A DNA stretch of 27,124 bases from Octopus sinensis (Eukaryota), in contig NW_021834054.1 in the NCBI RefSeq assembly GCF_006345805.1, positions 1-27,124 on the forward strand, given 5' to 3'. The first letter of the stretch is position 1; the number at the start of each line of letters is the position of its first letter. This document shows, in pieces, positions 20,246 through 27,124 of the stretch. The notes under the pieces were generated by a model. The model saw only the letters and a program-made list of their open reading frames with translations, was not told the DNA's origin and did not search any database. Both the position numbers and the translations under genes were made by a program.

Positions 20246-21819
20246 GTGCGTGCCTGAGTGTGTAGAAAGCGAGATGGAAAGAGAGAGATTTATTGACTTT
20301 CTCCAAGTGAAAATTCGGCAAATGATTGCCTTCTGGCGAATATTAGAATATTACGATGTTCCAGTCAGTGAGTTCTTATTGAGTTGGGTCGAGCATTGTT
20401 GTCTCCAGTCGAGTTTTAAAAAGGTCTTCAGTCTTATTCATGTTTATCGTTCCGTAAAGCCGTTACCGAAGACTTCTCTGTCGACTGAACTTAACAATTG
20501 AATGGATCAGACGACCAAGTTGTTTAATATGTCATCGATTTCAGTGCGGACACGCACAACCTCCCCTCTCTCTCTCACACACACACTCACACATACACAC
20601 ACATACAGACATACTTCACACATACACACGTTCAACACAATGAAAATGAAAGAATTCTTCCAAATTTAATCATTTTTATTTCACTAAATTGATATACGTG
20701 TTTTTGTTGTAGTAGTAGAAGTAGTAGTAGTAGTAGTATTTGGCGTTTTGCTGTTGGTTTTATTATTATTATTTGCTTCTCCCCCCCCCTCCCTCGGATG
20801 ATTTATGTTCATCGATGAGTGATATCCAAACTTTGTCCAAAGATATTCGAATTCTTCTTTAATTCAGTATTATTTTTATTTGCTCCATTTAAGAAAAAAA
20901 ATTAGCATTCTCTCTTTCTCTCTCTCCTCTCCTTTTCTCTCTTCTTTTTTTTACCCATTTTTATCCGTTTTTGCCATTCTTTGTTTCGACTCTTAATTTT
21001 TTTTTCCGATTTAGTTTTACTTTTCTCTATATTTAATTCTGCCTTTTCTATTCTTCTGTTTTTTTTTTATTTTCTCTTTTTTATCCTTTCTCCATCTTTC
21101 TTCATATCATTGCTTTCATTTACAATGCACCAATTGACAAAGAAAAGACAATGAAAAAATTAAAAATCTTTATTGTGTAGTAAGGCGTCATAAAATAAAT
21201 TAACCTTTAAAAAAAAAAACATCAACAACAAAAGCAACAAAACACAGGCCAGGCCAGTCGTTGGCTTATATTCGCTGCTGAAAGCAGTTCACTTTCTCTT
21301 TCCGCTATGTCATCCGGAGAAAAAAATGAAGAATAAAAGAATGAATATTTCATTTCCTTTAACATATGGGAAGTTATGTGTCAGCTTTTGGCGTGTTGAG
21401 GCCTCGACGCTGTTTTCAGTTGAAAGATTTTTTTTTTTTTACAGCACTTACATTGTTAAAAGGATGCCTCTGGGACACGCCTGATCGTTACATGTCATTA
21501 AGCTCCTTCCCATAAGATATAGATAGTATTCGGTGCTTCGTGAAAAGGAAACGAATATTTTGGTTCTGAATTTGCATTTTTTTTTTTTTTCATTTAAAAA
21601 AAAAAAGATTGTTTAATCTGTTAGAGTGGGCTGTACCCATAGCTTCCAAAAGGCCCCCGAGACCAAAGAGATTGATATGGTTCCTCATCAACATCGGTAA
21701 AGTGACGGTTGCAGGAGAATGGGTCAACGAAGAACCCCAAAATGGTTGCTCGGCTTGCTTAAAACAATAACCAATTCTTCATCAAACAGCGCATTGTCTT
21801 CTTAAGTAAATGATGACAT

Positions 21820-22217
21820 ATTCTTTTCTATTCTAGGCACAAGGCCCGAAATTTTGGGGGAGGGGCCAGTCGATTAGATCGACTCCGGTATGCAACTAGT
21901 ACTTAATTTATCGATCCCGAAAGGATGAAAGGCAGAGTCGACCTCGGCGGAATTTGAACTCAGAACATAAAGACAGACGAAATACCTATTTCTTTACTAC
22001 CCACAAGGGGCTAAACACAGAGGGGACAAACAAGGACAGACAAACGGATTAAGTGGATTACATCGACCCCAGTGCGTAACTGGTACTCATTTAATCGACC
22101 CCGAAAGGATGAAAGGGAAAGTTGACCTCGGCGGAATTTGAACTCAGAACGTAACGGCAGACGAAATACGGCTACGCATTTCGCCCGGCGTGCTAACGTT
22201 TCTGCCAGTTCGCCGCC
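21820..22217 (-). mobile_element. SINE family A dimer; second unit carries the alternative tail
   Basis: Head at 22217, junction AAATA|GGTATTTCGTCTG at ~21986. The second unit ends GACTGGCCCCTCCCCCAAAATTTCGGGCCTTGTGCCTAGAATAGAAAAGAA. Confidence 0.9.
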
Positions 22218-22237
22218 TTGTAAGTGATGAAATATTG

Positions 22238-22445
22238 GGCAATGTTAGGCAGAGAGCTAGCAGAATCGTTAGCTCGTCGGACAAAATGCTTAGCGGCATT
22301 TCTTCAGGCTCTTTACGCTCTGGGTTCAAACCTCGTCGAGGTCAATGTTGCCGTTCATCCCTTCGGGGTCGATAAAATAAAGTACCTGCCAAGTATTTGG
22401 GATCGATGTAATCGACTTGTCCCTCCCTTCAAAATTACTGGACTT
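22238..22445 (+). mobile_element. Older SINE family A copy
   Basis: GAGCTAGCAGAATCGTTAGC..GGGTTCAAACC..TTCATCCCTTCGGGGTCGATAAAATAAAGTACC..CAAAATTACTGGACTTGT. Confidence 0.8.
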
Positions 22446-22519
22446 GTATCTTGCAACGGACCTGCTAACGATTCTGCCAGCTCGACGTCTTACATTGTCC
22501 AATATTTCATCATTTACAA

Positions 22520-23025
22520 GGCAGTGGGCTGGCAGAAACGTAAGCACGCCGGGCGAAATGCGTAGCGGTATTTCGTCTGCCGTTACGTTCCGAGTTCAAA
22601 TTCCGCCGAGGTCGACTTTGCCTTTCATCCTTTCAGGGTCGATAAATTAAGTACCAGTTACGCACTGGGGTCGATATAATCGACTTAATCCGTTTGTCTG
22701 TCCTTGTTTGTCCTCTCTGTGTGTAGCCCCTTGTGGGTAGTAAAAAATAGGTATTTCGTCTGTCTTTACGTTCTAAGTTCAAATTCCGCCCAGGTCGACT
22801 TTGCCTTTCATCCTTTCGGGGTCGATAAATTAAGTACCAGTCATGCACTGGGGTCGATGTAATCGACTTAATCCGTTTGTCTGTCCTTGTTTGTCCCCTC
22901 TATGTTTAGCCCCTTGTGTGTTATAAAGAAACAGGCATTTCGCCCGTCGCTACGTTCTGAGTCCTAATTCCGCCGAGGTCGACTTTGCTTTCCATCCTTT
23001 CGGGGTCGGTAATTTAAGTACCAGT
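22520..23025 (+). mobile_element. SINE family A trimer (third unit truncated)
   Basis: GGTATTTCG-type unit starts at 22567, 22750 and 22934 (periods 183 and 184). Confidence 0.9.
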
Positions 23026-23239
23026 AATTATAATGATGATTTCAAATTTTGATACAAACTCAGCAGTTATAAAGAAGGAGGTAAGTCGATTTCATCGACC
23101 TTCAGTGCTCCATTGGTACTTATTTCAACCGCTAAGGTGACAAACCGATTAAGTTGTTAGACACAAGAGCGGTGGATAAGACTCTTTGCGGTATTCTTTC
23201 CAGCTAAGGTCTGAGATCAAATCCTCCTCCCAAGGTCTA

Positions 23240-23406
23240 TTATTTCTTCTTCCTTCTTCTTCTTCTTCTTCTTCTTCTTCCTTCTTCTTCTTCTTCTTCT
23301 TCTTCTTCTCTTCTTCTTTTCTCCTTCTCTCTTCTCTTCTTCTTCCTTCTTCTTCTTCTTCTTCTTCTTCTTCTTCTTCTTCTTCTTCTTCTTCTTCTTC
23401 TTCTTC
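23240..23406. repeat. (CTT)n microsatellite, possibly the tail of an unclassified minus-strand retroposon at ~23407-23570
   Basis: Directly visible; source of the poly-E/K/S ORFs. The tail interpretation is an inference. Confidence 0.9.
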
Positions 23407-24559
23407 AGAAACCGGCTTAAAGCATGGGCTCACCGAGCAGAAACCCGCGGTTGCGGAGACTCAACGCTATTCTATGTCTGCTCCGATTTGTTGTCGGCAA
23501 ATATACACACTAAAGGTCCTAGGACCTTGCCCGAGGGTTCAACAATGCTGTTAAAAATGACCATGGGTAAAAAAACTTGGAGATGTAATGAGATCTCTCT
23601 GTTAGTTTGAGACGCTCAAGATACGCTCTATGTCACAACGGTACCTCTACGACTCCGCTAAGTGTTGAGGGTTAAAATGCTGTTGATTCTTTTTTTGTAT
23701 CTCTTTCGAAACTACTATAACCATCACTGTCTATCAAACTAGCAATCTGTATTTCCTCCGTCCATCTCTCTCTGTCTCTCTCTCCCACTTGTGCAAGCGA
23801 TTATGGCGATAAATGCTTGTACTACACGTTCACCGCTCTCTGAGTCTCCGTGGTTGGTACTGAGTGGCAGGCCGAAGCGAGGTGACCAGTAATTGCATGA
23901 AACTGCAGGTCTTGTATGTGGTTGTCTGTCTATTTTCTAGAAGGGCGATGTGACAACCTACTTATTGCCTTTTCCGTAGCTGCTTCAATGATTTCTGTCC
24001 CTGTTAGATAAGAATATTTTTCTTATAATTTAATTTCTATTTTTTGTCTGCTTAATCAAAGAGAGAAGAAAAGCGCACATGTCTCAAAATAGAAAACAAG
24101 ACTGAAATGCTTGCAACAGAATGAACTCAACTAAAAATCATTCATGGACCAGGTGGCAATGTTAAACCGGATGACAGATCAAGCGTATCACTCAGGAACT
24201 CATAAAAAGAACTCATAAAAACAAGTAGCCAGAACAAATGCTACAAAAGATCTCGTCCGCTGGCACTCTAATAAACCCATCACTTCGCCGCCTGTTTTTT
24301 CGATCGTTCAAAGCCTTCGTTTTAGTAAGAAATAAAAAATGGATTTATCACGGTTTTCTTTATGAATCATTCAGAGGAAGATATGCAGCACACATCTGTG
24401 ATATTTTGCCAAGCTTCCTGGACAGGTGAAGAAAGAAGCAAATTGCAATCAAACCGGATGCATGGTTCGAATGCTTTCAATAAAAGGGACTCCGCTACAG
24501 ATACTAACAAGCTGAGCACTGTAGAGTTTGAACAAGCAATAGTCAATGTTTCTTCATAT

Positions 24560-24835
24560 ACTCGGTGGCTTGTGTGTTACACTCACAATCGATAGTTCGT
24601 CGGTTCGATTCCTAGACGTGCCGGTGCGTCGTGTTTTTGGAGCAAAACATAACATTCCATGTTGCTCGTTTCGACATCTGAAGTGTGACATACTTGTGCA
24701 CCTGTAAGGGCAACGTCGATTTGACGGAGGGAGTGAGCTAAGACTGTAACAGCACAGACATTTGATCACTATAAACAAAACATTTGTGCAGTCATTCGTT
24801 CGGCAAAAGCTGAACGATTCATACATCGTCTTCGT
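24560..24835 (+). mobile_element. Diverged tRNA-derived SINE (family D)
   Basis: B box GGTTCGATTCC (~24602-24612), followed by CGTGTTTTTGGAGCAAAACATAACATTCCATGTTGCTC, a CORE/V-like central-domain pattern. Confidence 0.6.
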
Positions 24836-24850
24836 TGGGAAATTCCATCA

Positions 24851-24884
<34 letters not shown>

Positions 24885-24909
24885 TGTGCACGCGCGTGTG
24901 TATATTTGT

Positions 24910-25142
24910 ATGTATTTTCTTTTATTCGTTTACTTGCTTCATACATTTTGACTGCGCCCATGTTGGAGCATCGCCTTTAGTCGAGCAAATCGATCCCTGG
25001 ACTTATTTTTTGTAAGCCTAGTACTTATTCTATTGGTCTTTCCCCGAACCGCTAAGTCACAGGGACTTAAACGCACCAGCATCGGTTGTCAAGCGACGTT
25101 GGAGGTGGGGGACAAAGACGACATAAACATATGCACACACAC

Positions 25143-25188
<46 letters not shown>

Positions 25189-25350
25189 GATAGGCTTCTT
25201 TCAGTTTCTCTCTACCAAATCCACTCACAAGGCTTTGGTCGCCCTGAGGCTATAGTAGAAGACACATACGCAAGGTGCCCACGCAGTGGGACTGAACCCG
25301 GAGCCATGTGGTTGCTAAACAAGCTACTTATCACTCAGCCTCTCCTGCTG
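24910..25350 (-). mobile_element. Full-length SINE family B
   Basis: Collinear with 10487-10917, including the internal CA tract at ~25130-25185. Confidence 0.88.
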
Positions 25351-25376
25351 TATGTCTGTATTTATTTGTTTATCCA

Positions 25377-25441
<65 letters not shown>

Positions 25442-25452
25442 TATGAATAATA

Positions 25453-26176
25453 GGATCTTTTCCTTTTGAACGGCAGTTTTCAACACAATTTCGTATACTG
25501 GTAGAATGTGTCAAAATAAAACATTTTTTTCTCTTGGCTTTCTTGAGAAAATTGTAATTTGTAAGTTTAACGTAGTTTAATTTTTCGAATTTTAACCACT
25601 CGATGGCTTGTATTTAGCTAAAATCATTTGCTGCGTCTAAAACTGAGACAACATCCTGTCACTGACCCTAACCCTAACCCTAACACTAACCCTAACCCTA
25701 AATTTTAGCCTTTCGTTTTTTTTTCTTAATTGTTAAATTAATTTAATTGTTACGCGTGTGTCTAAAATTATTCGTTTTGTTTTTGTTTTGAGATACACGT
25801 GTATTGTTTAAACTATTTTCCATTGCTTAAGAAAAAAAAAACGAAAGGCTAAAACGAAAGCAATGGAAAATAATTTAAGCAATTAACAAACAAAATAATT
25901 CTATAATTTTATACACACGATTTCCGAACGTAACCATAACAGTGACAGGATGTTGTCTCAGTTTTAGACACAGCAAATGATTTTAGCTAAATAGAGGCCA
26001 TCGATTGGTTAAAATTCGAAAAATTAAACTACGCTAAACTTACAAATTACAATTTTCTCAAGAAAGCCAAGAGAAAAAATGTTTTATTTTGACACATTCT
26101 ACCAGTATACGAAGTTTAAAAGTGTTTAGTTAACTAGAAATTGTGTTGAAAACTGCCGTTCAAAAGGAAAAGATCC
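25453..26176. mobile_element. 724 bp foldback/MITE-like element with >200 bp TIRs and an internal (CCCTAA)n tract
   Basis: Arms 25453-25664 and 25940-26176 are reverse complements (GGATCTTTTCCTTTTGAACGGCAG..CTGTCACTG). Telomere-type repeats at 25665-25701. Confidence 0.9.
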
Positions 26177-26262
26177 AAATATATATACATATATACATAT
26201 ATACATACGTATATGTACATACATAGATCTATACGTGTATGTATATATATATTATATTATAT

Positions 26263-26332
<70 letters not shown>

Positions 26333-26341
26333 TATATGCAT

Positions 26342-26973
26342 ATGTGGGCACATTACGTCATGAAACGTGTACAAGAACAAAATAATATGAAGCGCGAGTA
26401 CATGTGAACATGAACTATTCTCTCGAACAGTAAAAGACACAAATGGAAAACAAAACAAACAACATAAAGAACGACCCTTGTTTGCTGTTTTATTGTTGTC
26501 TCGTATTTCAAGTATTTAACAGCAATATACGCTTCCGATAAAACAGTTGCTCCAGCAAAGCAAATTAAATAAAATTTGGAATTTTGCGGAGGGTCAAAAT
26601 TGGTAACACAAACAGGACAATGAAAACAAACTGCTAAGCTAAACTGCTAAGGTTGTGGTGGCGAATGCGTAAATCAAGCTTGGACAGGAGACAAACAAGA
26701 ACACGTCTTCCTTGTTCCAGCTACAACGGAGAGGGAAAGAAAGATGGTCGGTGATCACGTGGAAGGCACGAGAGCAAGGGAGGCGGAGTAAGGGAGCGAG
26801 AGTGACAGAGTAATAGGATAGAATAGTGGTAGAAGAGGAGATAAAAGAATAAGAGAGAGAAAGAGAGAAAAACGAAAGAGTAAAAAGATCGTATAGAGTG
26901 CGCATCAGAATTATTAAGATAAAACTTACTTGGTAGAGGATGCGTGGCGTTCAATCATATAATAATATAACTG

Positions 26974-27029
<56 letters not shown>

Positions 27030-27110
27030 GGGCACGAAACTTGTGCAAGAACAAAATAATACGAAGTACGAGTACATGTAGCATGAACTATTCTTTCGAA
27101 ACTATTCTCT
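26342..27110 (+). mobile_element. Unclassified repeat in tandem: (TA)n + ~620 bp unit, then (TA)n + start of a second unit
   Basis: ATGTGGGCAC..GAAACGTGTACAAGAACAAAATAATATGAAGCGCGAGTACATGTGAACATGAACTATTCTCTCGAA (26342-26427) recurs as ATGGGCACGAAACTTGTGCAAGAACAAAATAATACGAAGTACGAGTACATGTAGCATGAACTATTCTTTCGAA (27027-27100). Both follow long (TA)n tracts. Confidence 0.6.
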
Positions 27111-27124
27111 CTCTCTCTCTCTCT

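Noticed and set aside
22520-23025. Regularly spaced repeats suggesting a CRISPR array
   Set aside because: The whole ~184 bp unit repeats with no unique spacers, the context is eukaryotic, and there are no cas genes.
24238-24826. Short ORFs of 63-90 aa
   Set aside because: No homology recognised; they partly overlap a SINE.
25665-25701. Chromosome end or true telomere
   Set aside because: Only ~6 units, internal to a TIR element and flanked by ordinary sequence.

Overview
AT-rich, microsatellite-dense eukaryotic non-coding DNA (intron or intergenic). The tRNA-derived SINE types with internal (CA)/(TA) tracts match what I recall of octopus (coleoid cephalopod) genomes; this is an inference without a database check. 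I found no host protein-coding exon I can support. Almost all ORFs in the supplied track are simple-repeat artefacts. The real coding remnants are retrotransposon fragments: two Penelope-like elements (PLEs) at 6772-7368 (+) and ~11100-13690 (-), and RTE-type LINE pieces at 1-240 and 8690-9505. The remainder is several SINE families, small TIR/foldback elements, a ~1.3 kb tandem duplication (16752-19416) and long microsatellites. Most interesting: two unrelated families of minimal hammerhead-ribozyme motifs, four copies in all. One family lies downstream of a tRNA-like Pol III A/B-box module in a PLE terminal repeat; the other lies in a ~405 bp palindrome. Also notable: a SINE family that forms ~183-184 bp head-less multimers with a fixed junction and shares its 3' tail with a LINE-like end at ~15.2 kb. 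Boundaries were read by eye and may be off by a few bases, more for old fragments.
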